IMG/VR virus record: IMGVR_UViG_3300003888_000068
Location: 1 to 43,018 of that record
Origin: a virus
Taxonomy: Duplodnaviria; Caudoviricetes
Length of the DNA stretch: 43,018 bases
Strand: one strand, 5' to 3'
Positions 7,657-15,658 of the stretch are shown here, piece by piece. The first letter of the stretch is position 1, and each line of letters begins with the position of its first letter. The translations under genes and the position numbers were made by a program. The notes under the pieces are model-generated. The model searched no databases and had not been told where the DNA came from. It worked only from the letters and a program-made list of their open reading frames with translations.

Positions 7657-10209
7657 ATGCAGAAAACCCATTGCCGACCCGGCCGGATCATCCGGCTTGA
7701 AGCCGCACCCGAGGCCGGGCTGCGGCGATTCCTCTCCGAGCTGCCGGCCCTTCCGGACGGAGAGAAGAAAACCACCTGGGTCACCCTGACCCGCACCGGC
7801 ACCTTCACCGACCCCCGCTACGGCACCTTCGACATCACCCGGACCATGCTCCAGGAGATGGTCGCCAACTTCGACAAGGGCACCTACGGCCAGGACATCT
7901 TCCTGGATGTGGCCCACAAGCCGCAGGACGGTGCCGCGGCAAAGATTCTCAAGCTCTCCGTGGAAGGGGACCGCCTGCGGGCCCTGGTGGAATGGACGCC
8001 TTTCGGCCTGGAAGCCGTGGAAAAGCGCGGATTCCGCTACCTATCCGCCGAATACCACGAGAACTGGAAAGACAACGAAGCGGGAAATGCCCACGGATGC
8101 GTGCTCCTGGGCGGTGGGCTTGTGACTCGGCCCTGTATCAAGCGACTCGACCCCGTGCAGTTGAGCGAAGCCGGCGGCGGCGATGCCCCCGTACTGCTTC
8201 ACCCGACCCTGAAATCCCAATTGCTCAAGGAGCACGAAATGAAATTTGCTGAACTGCTGAAAAAGCTGCAGGACCAACTGGCCGGACTGAAACTGTCCGA
8301 AGCCGTTATTGCCGATATCGCCAAGGCCGCCGCCAAGGCCCTGGAATCCGTGGAAGACGAAGGCGTTGCCAAGAGTCTGTGCGAGGGCTTCGCCGATGCC
8401 GGCAAGGCCATGGCCGCCCAGATCGGCGCCAACCCCGCCGTGATCCATCTTTCCATGCCTGCTCCCGGCCAGGTGGACGTGGCCGGCGCCGTAGCCCAGG
8501 CCCTGGCCGAGCGTGACGCCGCCACCAAGAGGCTGGCAGAAGACCTGGAAGGCAAGCGCAAGGCCCTCTCCGAGCAGATCGGCGCCGCCGCCGGCCTGGA
8601 TGAAGACCTGCGCAAGTCCCTCACCGAATCGGCCGCCGGCCTGATCACCCCGGAAATGACCGCCGACCAGGTGAAGCGCCTGGGCGAGACCATGATTGCC
8701 CAGGGCAACCAGCTCGCCGCCGCCAAGAAGCTCTCCGGCCTGGGCTACAGGGTTACCGGCCGCGCCCACATCGAGGTGCCGGACGAGTCCCCCAAGAAGC
8801 TCACCGAGATGGTGCACGCCGCCCTGAAGCAGACCAGCGCCTACCACATCGGCGCCCTGGCCCTGCCGGAGAAGGAGCACCCCTTCGTTACCAAGGTGCT
8901 GGCTGAGTTCGATGCCCGCCACGGCCAGCAGCTGCACAACGAACTGAAGCTGCTCTCCGGCGGTCAGGCCAACACCGGCGATTACTACATGCCCGCCTCC
9001 ATCCAGCGGGAAGTGATCCGGGTGGCCCTCTCCGACCTCAACGTGCTGCAGCTGGTTCGTACCGCCACCGACCCGGGCGCCACTGCCACCACCGAAATCC
9101 CCTTCGAGATTCGGCCGACGGCGGCCCTGGCCAACGATGGCATCGTCTATGAGGGTCAGGGCATCCCCCGTTACCAGACCCGCACCGACCACGAAACCGC
9201 CTTCCTCACCCCCATGAAGCTGGGCATGAAGTGGACCAACGAACTGGCCTTCCTCACCCGTAACGGCCCGGTGGCCTGGGATGCAGTGGGCGAGAACCTG
9301 TCCGCCAATGCCCGCCTGATGCGCGAAATGATCGCCCGTCGCGTCGCCAACGAGCTGCAGCGCGCTTCCGACTCCTTCGGCGCCATTGCTGTTTCCGCCG
9401 AAAACATCAGCAGCCAGTTCGACGGCAGCAAGAGCCAGTTCAAGACGGCCAACTTTCCGGTGGTTCGCCCCTTCCAGGCCCGTGACCTGAAGGGCAATGC
9501 CGTGGGCAGCGCGGTGAATCCCATCACCGTGGTCATTGCCGGCACTGCCATCCAGCCCTGGGACGGTACCGGCAAGCAGGCCGCCGGCACCTACTACCGG
9601 GTGCTGAACTGGAACCTGGGCTACTTCCAGGTGGTGGACAAGGACGGCAACCCGGTCACCCCGGCCGGCACCGGTACCAACACCGTGGCCTATAGCAAGG
9701 CCACCAACGTGCTCAAGGTTGATCTGGACGTTCCCGGCGGCAGCACCAACGAGAAGCAGCTGAACAAGCTGCTGCAGGCCGTTGGTTCCCGCAAGGCCAT
9801 GCTGGCCAGCCAGCGCTACGTGGGTACCGACTTCCTGCTGATGAGCCCCAGCCTCAACGACACCATCACCAACGCCGAGCAGTTCGAGGAATCCCACGCC
9901 AAGAACGGCACGGTGCTCGCGGTGAATGGCGATCTGCAGACCATCAAGGGCGTTCCTGCCGTCGGCACCAACCAGCCCGGCATCGATCTGGGCGACGAGC
10001 GGATCATCATGGGCCCCCGCGGTCTGCTGGGCTACACCGTAGCCAAGCCCTATGCCATCGAAGGTGCGCCCTTCGAAGTAACGGATGCCAGCGGCAACCC
10101 CACCGGTGAAAAGCAGGTGTACGGCGAGGAATACAACGTGATCAAGGTGCCGGGCCCCGTATCCGGCTACATGACCTCGATCCTGGCCTATTCCGCCACC
10201 AACCGCTAA
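7657..10209 (+). CDS. Fused prohead protease (Mu gpI-like) - scaffold - major capsid protein
   Basis: N-terminal LDVAH...VEWTPFG...FRYLSAEY...LVTRP resembles Mu gpI. The middle is Ala/Lys/Glu helical and the C-terminal part is capsid-sized (IVYEGQGIP). No other capsid candidate exists. ATG at 7657 with GAGG upstream; internal AAGGAG-ATG at 8239. Confidence 0.8.
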   Translation: MQKTHCRPGRIIRLEAAPEAGLRRFLSELPALPDGEKKTTWVTLTRTGTFTDPRYGTFDITRTMLQEMVANFDKGTYGQDIFLDVAHKPQDGAAAKILKLSVEGDRLRALVEWTPFGLEAVEKRGFRYLSAEYHENWKDNEAGNAHGCVLLGGGLVTRPCIKRLDPVQLSEAGGGDAPVLLHPTLKSQLLKEHEMKFAELLKKLQDQLAGLKLSEAVIADIAKAAAKALESVEDEGVAKSLCEGFADAGKAMAAQIGANPAVIHLSMPAPGQVDVAGAVAQALAERDAATKRLAEDLEGKRKALSEQIGAAAGLDEDLRKSLTESAAGLITPEMTADQVKRLGETMIAQGNQLAAAKKLSGLGYRVTGRAHIEVPDESPKKLTEMVHAALKQTSAYHIGALALPEKEHPFVTKVLAEFDARHGQQLHNELKLLSGGQANTGDYYMPASIQREVIRVALSDLNVLQLVRTATDPGATATTEIPFEIRPTAALANDGIVYEGQGIPRYQTRTDHETAFLTPMKLGMKWTNELAFLTRNGPVAWDAVGENLSANARLMREMIARRVANELQRASDSFGAIAVSAENISSQFDGSKSQFKTANFPVVRPFQARDLKGNAVGSAVNPITVVIAGTAIQPWDGTGKQAAGTYYRVLNWNLGYFQVVDKDGNPVTPAGTGTNTVAYSKATNVLKVDLDVPGGSTNEKQLNKLLQAVGSRKAMLASQRYVGTDFLLMSPSLNDTITNAEQFEESHAKNGTVLAVNGDLQTIKGVPAVGTNQPGIDLGDERIIMGPRGLLGYTVAKPYAIEGAPFEVTDASGNPTGEKQVYGEEYNVIKVPGPVSGYMTSILAYSATNR

Positions 10210-10286
10210 CCGCATAACCGCGACTGGCACTCGCTCGCCGCCCGGGGTAGCCCGGGCGGTGCGGCGGGCAGGCCAAGGAGAACCCC

Positions 10287-10607
10287 ATGAAAATCCCGTT
10301 CCACAACGAAACCGACAAGTTCGTGCATATCGGCGCCACCACCATTCCCCCCTTCGACACCCGGGACGTGGAAGCCATCCTGCACCCTGACTACAAGGCG
10401 CCCAAGGCCGAGGAGCCGGAGCCGGAGAATCCCCTGGCGGAACTGCTCAAGGCCTCCGTCAAGGATATCCAGCCCAAGCTGGCCGAGCTGGACATGGAAC
10501 AGCTGACCGCCCTGGAAGCCCTGGAGCAGGAATCCCAGAAGCCCCGCGCTTCCCTGATCGAAGCCGTCGCCGCCGCCAAGCTGGACCTGGCCGGCAAGGA
10601 CGACTGA
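10287..10607 (+). CDS. Small head-associated protein with C-terminal helix-extended-helix-like segment
   Basis: AAGGAG SD; follows the capsid gene; LTALEALEQESQKPRASLIEAV. Confidence 0.55.
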   Translation: MKIPFHNETDKFVHIGATTIPPFDTRDVEAILHPDYKAPKAEEPEPENPLAELLKASVKDIQPKLAELDMEQLTALEALEQESQKPRASLIEAVAAAKLDLAGKDD

Positions 10608-10613
10608 TCCACC

Positions 10614-11246
10614 ATGGCCGGCACGCTCTCCCGCGCCGATCTGGTCGCCAGCCTGAAGGCCTCGCTGCACGAAGCGGCGGACCCCTTCAAGCTGGAGGAC
10701 GAGAGCGACGACAGAAACTTCACCCGCCTGCTGGACGTGGCCGCGGCCGATTTCGGCCGGGTGCGTCCGCGCAAGGTGGCGGGGGAGCTGGCGCTGCAGG
10801 GCGGGCTGGCCGTCTATCCGGCCCCGGCCGGGTTTGTCTGCTTCCATTCCTCCCAGTGGGGGGTGGGCAACGGCGCCAAGCCGTGGGATGCGAACTGGCC
10901 CGGCCGCCTGCCGCGCTGCGAGGGGGCGGAGCTGGATGGCGTGAAGGTACTGGTGCTGACGCCGGCCCCCACCTATCGCCAGATCGGCCTGTTGGGCAGC
11001 AGCTACCCCTTCTTCTATGAAGCTGCCCACCATATCGGCGAAACCGCCGGAGAGACCACCATTGCCCCGTCCGACCGGGGCCTGCTGATCCTGCGGGCCC
11101 AGGCCGAGGCAATGCGGGAGCTTTCCATCCGCAACGTCACCCTGCCGGTGGCCATGCGGGACGGCTTCTCCAGCCAGCCCCGCAACGGCACCCCGAGCCA
11201 TCTCTACGCCGCCCTGATGGCGGAGTTCGAAGGGCGGGCCCGGTGA
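10614..11246 (+). CDS. Putative head-tail adaptor/connector
   Basis: Position after the capsid gene; translationally coupled. Confidence 0.5.
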   Translation: MAGTLSRADLVASLKASLHEAADPFKLEDESDDRNFTRLLDVAAADFGRVRPRKVAGELALQGGLAVYPAPAGFVCFHSSQWGVGNGAKPWDANWPGRLPRCEGAELDGVKVLVLTPAPTYRQIGLLGSSYPFFYEAAHHIGETAGETTIAPSDRGLLILRAQAEAMRELSIRNVTLPVAMRDGFSSQPRNGTPSHLYAALMAEFEGRAR

Positions 11247-11728
11247 AAACCATCGTCAGGCGCCACGACAGCCGGGTGTCCGAGGCCTTCCGCCGGTCGC
11301 CGGAGGTGATGACCCGGAACCTGGGGGGGAAGCTGGAACGTGCCGCCCTGGAGGTTTCCAGGGAAATGCGCCGGGCAGCGCCGAAGGCATTTTCCAACCT
11401 GGTCAATTCCATCCTGGGGGCCCGCAAAGCGCCGCTGCATTTCCGGGTATCGCCCGGAGTCGCCCATGGGCTATGGGTGGAAACCGGGCGGGAGCCGGGG
11501 AAGGTTCCCGGCATGACCAAGGGCCTCATGGAGTGGGTGCGCTTCCGCACCGGCCTTTCCGGCGCTCCCCTGGACCGGGCGACCTACGCCATTGCCCGGG
11601 CCATCGGCAAGCGCGGCATCAAGCCCCAGCCCTATGTGGCCCCCACGGCAGAGCGCATGGCCGGCCGGGTGGTGGCCCTGGCCGATGAAGGCATCGAGGC
11701 CGGCATCAAGGAGGCCTTCGGGAAATGA
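11243..11728 (+). CDS. HK97 gp10-like neck/virion morphogenesis protein
   Basis: APKAFSNLVNSI, WVETG and GIKPQPYVAP motifs; basic protein. Confidence 0.7.
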   Translation: MKTIVRRHDSRVSEAFRRSPEVMTRNLGGKLERAALEVSREMRRAAPKAFSNLVNSILGARKAPLHFRVSPGVAHGLWVETGREPGKVPGMTKGLMEWVRFRTGLSGAPLDRATYAIARAIGKRGIKPQPYVAPTAERMAGRVVALADEGIEAGIKEAFGK

Positions 11729-12141
11729 GCGACGAAATCAACGACCGCCTGGAGGCCATCAAGGCATCCCTTGCCGCCGCCGTGCCGCAGCGCATCGTCA
11801 CCCGCTCCTTCCGGGATGCCCAGGCCCGCAAGCCGGACGAGCTGAAGAAGGGCATCTACACCCTGATCTCCAATGGGGAGAAGGGCTACAAGAACTTCGG
11901 CGGTCGCCGGGCCATGGACGGCACCCACCACATGCTGCTGATCGGCCAGAGCAAGGTGGACGGCAAGGCCGACCCTATAGAAATCGATATTGCCGAAGGC
12001 GCCATGGCCCAGGAAGTGAAGGAATGGCTGCGGGACCTGCCCATGCCCCTGGCCTGCCTGGTGGCCACCGGCATGCACCAGTCGGCCCAGATGGACTACC
12101 CCTACGCCTGGGTTTCTTTTGACCTGGAGATGGACACATGA
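11725..12141 (+). CDS. Putative tail completion/terminator protein
   Basis: Size and position in the neck module. Confidence 0.5.
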   Translation: MSDEINDRLEAIKASLAAAVPQRIVTRSFRDAQARKPDELKKGIYTLISNGEKGYKNFGGRRAMDGTHHMLLIGQSKVDGKADPIEIDIAEGAMAQEVKEWLRDLPMPLACLVATGMHQSAQMDYPYAWVSFDLEMDT

Positions 12142-12572
12142 TGGCCGCCCCCCTGCCGCTGGTGCGGCTGATCCGCGCCCCCTCCACCACGGCCGGCACC
12201 TTCGGCCGTCTGGAGGCCGAAGGCTTCTCCTGCCTCACCGGCGAACTGCCGTGGAAGGGCAACGCTTCCGGCGCTTCCTGCATTCCCCCCGGGCGTTACC
12301 GCGTGATCTGGGCCATGTCGCCCCGCTTCAAGCGCAACACCTACCGCCTGGAGACCGTCCCGGGCCGCGCCGGGATCCTGATCCACCCCGCCAACCTCAT
12401 GGGCGACGCCGACCACGGCCTCAAGGCCGAGCTGAACGGCTGCATTGCCCTGGGCTATTCCCGCGGCTTGCTCGATGGCCAGCCCGCCCTGCTGCAGAGC
12501 CGGGCCGCCGTTGCCGCCTTCGAGGAGCACATGGGCCGCCAGCCCTTTGAACTGGAGGTGAGCAATGCCTGA
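12138..12572 (+). CDS. DUF5675-like protein, putative non-canonical endolysin
   Basis: GTFGRL, TGELPW, SCIPPGRY, ILIHPAN and GCIALG motifs; directly upstream of spanins and holin. Confidence 0.75.
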   Translation: MMAAPLPLVRLIRAPSTTAGTFGRLEAEGFSCLTGELPWKGNASGASCIPPGRYRVIWAMSPRFKRNTYRLETVPGRAGILIHPANLMGDADHGLKAELNGCIALGYSRGLLDGQPALLQSRAAVAAFEEHMGRQPFELEVSNA

Positions 12573-13005
12573 AATCATCACCCGCAACGTCACCCTGGTG
12601 CTGGCCTTTGTTCTGGCCGTGGTGGCCGCCGGTATCGCCGGCGACCGCTTCGGCTACACCCGGGGCGCCAATGCTGTGGAAGCCGGCTACTCCAAGAATA
12701 AGGACAAGGTGAACGAGGCCCTGGCCAAGGAACTGGAGGAGGCCAAGGAAGACGCCGCCGAGGCCCGCCTGGCCGCCGAGGCCAGCGCCAAGCGGGAGTC
12801 CGCCGCCAAAAAACAACTTGAAACCGTACTGAAAGGGCTCCGAAATGCGCCGCCTGTTCCTGCTGCTTGCCTGTCTGACGCTCTGCGCCTGCGCCTCAAC
12901 GCCGTCGTCGGCACCATCAACCGCGGCCTCGAAGCCGGAGCGCAGCCTGCCGGCCCAGTGCCGGGAAGCCTGCCAGCCCCTGCCGGAAGTGGGGCAGGGG
13001 GCTGA
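12565..13005 (+). CDS. Rz-like inner-membrane spanin
   Basis: N-terminal TM segment followed by an Ala/Glu/Lys coiled coil; an overlapping lipoprotein gene lies in its 3' part. Confidence 0.75.
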   Translation: MPEIITRNVTLVLAFVLAVVAAGIAGDRFGYTRGANAVEAGYSKNKDKVNEALAKELEEAKEDAAEARLAAEASAKRESAAKKQLETVLKGLRNAPPVPAACLSDALRLRLNAVVGTINRGLEAGAQPAGPVPGSLPAPAGSGAGG

Positions 13006-13102
13006 CATGCGCCAGTGGCTGGAAGACCTGTTCCGGGCCGTGGGTTCCTGCTTCACCGCCCACGAGGAGTGCCGGCGCCAGCTTGAAGAGCGGGGGCTGT
13101 GA
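12845..13102 (+). CDS. Rz1-like outer-membrane spanin lipoprotein
   Basis: Signal peptide MRRLFLLLACLTLCAC with lipobox Cys; Pro/Ser-rich; overlaps Rz in another frame. Confidence 0.75.
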   Translation: MRRLFLLLACLTLCACASTPSSAPSTAASKPERSLPAQCREACQPLPEVGQGADMRQWLEDLFRAVGSCFTAHEECRRQLEERGL

Positions 13103-13476
13103 TGGCCGAGCGCTTGTTGAAGCTGCTGCTGGAGGCCGATACCAGCCCCTGGATTACCTCCATCCTGGTCTTCTTCGGTTCCAGCGTGACGGGTCTTGCC
13201 ACATTGCTTCGGGATGGCAAGCGGCTGGGCGGTCGCAACATCATTTCCGCCATGCTCAATGCCGGCTTGTTCGGGACGATCATCTTCCTCGTGGCCTGGC
13301 AGTCGTATAAACAGAATCTTCCGGGCCTGGTAGGGATTTCCCTTCTCGCCGGTATCGGCACCGCCAGCCTCCTGTCGTTTGCCATCACTTTGGTGAAGAC
13401 CAGGCTGCGGGCGATTCTGGCGGTGCTGTTCGGGGTTGACCCATCCATCCTGGAGAAGGAGCCGCCCCGTGAGTGA
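13099..13476 (+). CDS. Putative holin
   Basis: 125 aa with about three hydrophobic segments, within the lysis cassette. Confidence 0.7.
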   Translation: MMAERLLKLLLEADTSPWITSILVFFGSSVTGLATLLRDGKRLGGRNIISAMLNAGLFGTIIFLVAWQSYKQNLPGLVGISLLAGIGTASLLSFAITLVKTRLRAILAVLFGVDPSILEKEPPRE

Positions 13477-13696
13477 GCAGATCAAGGTGGCCTACCACCA
13501 GGGGCCGGAAACCATGACCTACGCCGGCCGGCACTGGCGCCGTGGTGACGGGCAGCTGGTGAGCCGGGAGGAGTTCGAGGCCATCAAGTCCAGAAACCCC
13601 GCCAACCCCTACCAGTTTCTTGCCGTCGGCGGCGTTGTCAGCCAGGCCCCCGCCGCCGCCAAACCCGCCAGCAAATCCACCAGGAGAAAATCGTGA
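13469..13696 (+). CDS. Small hypothetical tail-associated protein
   Basis: AAGGAG SD and GTG at 13469; overlaps the tail tube start. Confidence 0.6.
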   Translation: MSEQIKVAYHQGPETMTYAGRHWRRGDGQLVSREEFEAIKSRNPANPYQFLAVGGVVSQAPAAAKPASKSTRRKS

Positions 13697-14931
13697 CCTA
13701 CACCGCCATGAGCTATGCCAAGGGCGCCAACATGCAGCTGCTGCTGCAGCGCGAAACCGCCTTCCGGGTGCTGCCCGTCACCCCGGACGCCATCCGCCTC
13801 CCCTTCATCGAGTTCGGCGTGGGCCGGGACCCGGGCAAGGTGCAGGATCCTTCCATCTCTGGCAGCCCCCTGCCAGCCAAGTCCGGCGCCGGCGATGCCA
13901 CCAGCGCCGGCGATGTGAACAGCATCCTGGACCTGCGCAGCATCGGCGCCTGGCTGGCCCTGGCCCTGGGCGAACCCCAGACCCACAAGGCGGTGACCAA
14001 GCAGCCGACCCTGGTGACCGGGGTGACGGCGCACTACGCCAGTACCGCCACTACCGCCGGCAACGGCACCCTGACCTTCACCGCCACGGGCAAGACCCTG
14101 GCCTGGCAGGCCAGCGGCGATAGCGGCCCCGGCGCTGCGGTGGACGTCTCCGCCGGCGGCCGCTTCACCCTGGAATCCGGCACAGACGGCCACGAGCTGG
14201 TGGTGGAAGTGGATGTGCCGACCCTGCCCACGGCTGACAAGGCCGATGCCGACATTGCCGTGTCCTCCGTGCTCAAGGCCCACGTATTCCCCTTCAACCT
14301 GGATACCCGGCCGTCGGCCATGCTGGAGCTGGGCCACACCGACACCAACGAGTATTTCCGGACCCTGGGGGCCAAGGTGAACAGCCTTACCTACGACCTC
14401 CTGGCCAAGGACCAGAACGTGAAGTTCAGCATCATCGCCGGCGAGGAGACCGAGTACGGCGCCCCCTTCGACGCCACCCCCACCGAGTACGAGAGCGTGC
14501 GGGCCTGCGGTTCCGGCGGCATGATCAGCAACGGGGTGAATGACGATCTGGGCGTGATCACCGGCGGCGATCTGACCTTCAGCAACAACATGACCGGCAT
14601 CACCACGGCCGACGACCGGGAAGGCTACGGCTTCATCGACCAGGGCGAGATCACCCTGCAGGGCAAGATCAAGGCCCTGTTCAGCAGCCAGGGGGCCTAC
14701 GGCCTGGCCCGTACCGGCACTTCCACCCGCGTCCGCATCGGCTCCAAGGCCCCCGTAGGCAGCCACGTTTTCTCCCTGGTCTGGGACATTCCCCACGCCG
14801 AGTTCGTGGAGAAGGCCGTGCCAAAGGCCGGCAAGTCCGGCCTGTTCGCGGATATGGAATGGCGGGCCCACCGCCACCCCAGCGGCGCGCTGCCCCTGGT
14901 GATCCTGGTCAATGACGTTCCCGCCTACTGA
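13693..14931 (+). CDS. Major tail tube protein
   Basis: AKGANMQLLLQRETAF N-terminus; position before the chaperone and tape measure; no sheath gene present. Confidence 0.75.
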   Translation: MTYTAMSYAKGANMQLLLQRETAFRVLPVTPDAIRLPFIEFGVGRDPGKVQDPSISGSPLPAKSGAGDATSAGDVNSILDLRSIGAWLALALGEPQTHKAVTKQPTLVTGVTAHYASTATTAGNGTLTFTATGKTLAWQASGDSGPGAAVDVSAGGRFTLESGTDGHELVVEVDVPTLPTADKADADIAVSSVLKAHVFPFNLDTRPSAMLELGHTDTNEYFRTLGAKVNSLTYDLLAKDQNVKFSIIAGEETEYGAPFDATPTEYESVRACGSGGMISNGVNDDLGVITGGDLTFSNNMTGITTADDREGYGFIDQGEITLQGKIKALFSSQGAYGLARTGTSTRVRIGSKAPVGSHVFSLVWDIPHAEFVEKAVPKAGKSGLFADMEWRAHRHPSGALPLVILVNDVPAY

Positions 14932-14939
14932 GGTTCCCC

Positions 14940-15287
14940 ATGCTGCTGATTGATGAAGTTCTGCCCGCCATTGCCTTCAAACACGAGGCCACCGGCTTCT
15001 CTGCCATGCTGAACCCCCTGGAGCCGTCGGACCACACCGCCCTGCTCAAGGCCAGCCGCAACGAGGCGGGCGAACTCGACACCACGGCCTTCTACGGCAA
15101 GGTGGCCGTGAAGGCCATCAAGTCCTGGGAGGGGGTATCCCATGGCGGAGAGCCGGCCCCCTGCGACGAGGCGAACAAGGAACGCTTCGGCCGCCGCTTC
15201 GCCAACACCATCATGCCGGACGTGCTGAAGAAGGCCGCCGATCTCCAGTCCTTCGTGGCGGAGGTGGGGGAATCAAAAAAAGGCTGA
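14940..15287 (+). CDS. Tail assembly chaperone (gpG-like)
   Basis: AIKSWEGV motif; ends ESKKG across a 7-A slippery run. Confidence 0.8.
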   Translation: MLLIDEVLPAIAFKHEATGFSAMLNPLEPSDHTALLKASRNEAGELDTTAFYGKVAVKAIKSWEGVSHGGEPAPCDEANKERFGRRFANTIMPDVLKKAADLQSFVAEVGESKKG

Positions 15288-15583
15288 TCGCCCGGGCCCA
15301 GTGGGAAATCACCCTGGGCCCCGGGTACATTGAGGCCCTGCAGCAGGCCGGGCGCGAAATAGACCCGGCCGACCTGCCGCCGGACCTGGACTGGGAGGCC
15401 GGAATCTGGTGGCTCTACGAGCGGGTGAAAACCCAGTGGCGCCCGGCCCCCTGGGGTCTGTATGGCCTGGACTACGGGCCAGCCATCGCCATCATCCAGG
15501 ACATGGGCTGGCGGGTGAGTCTGGCCCTGGAACTGCTGCAGGTGGTGGAGCGGGTGGTAATGGCCAGCCGCAGCACGGGTTGA
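15275..15583 (+). CDS. -1 frameshift extension of the tail chaperone (gpT/DUF1799-like)
   Basis: The -1 frame after A-AAA-AAA reads RLIARAQWEITLGPG...KTQWRPAPWGLYGLDYG...MASRSTG*, with no early start codon of its own. Confidence 0.8.
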   Translation, partial: KKRLIARAQWEITLGPGYIEALQQAGREIDPADLPPDLDWEAGIWWLYERVKTQWRPAPWGLYGLDYGPAIAIIQDMGWRVSLALELLQVVERVVMASRSTG

Positions 15584-15588
15584 AGCCC

Positions 15589-15612
15589 GACAAACCCTTC
15601 CGTTTTTTTGTC
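15589..15612 (+). promoter_or_regulatory. Late-promoter dyad, copy 3
   Basis: Identical to copy 2; upstream of the tape measure gene. Confidence 0.7.
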
Positions 15613-15658
15613 TCCCCCAATGCCGTGAAATGGCCCTATCCCTACGAGGGCCCGGGGC

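Noticed and set aside
7657-8238. Mu-like transposable phage, suggested by gpI-, MuF- and Mor-like genes
   Set aside because: No DDE transposase or MuB. The element has a tyrosine integrase at a tRNA and its own primase-helicase.
8041-10230. Long minus-strand ORFs (also 15092-17701, 19714-22605, 36998-39289)
   Set aside because: Antisense shadows of well-supported plus-strand genes in GC-rich DNA, with no recognisable motifs.
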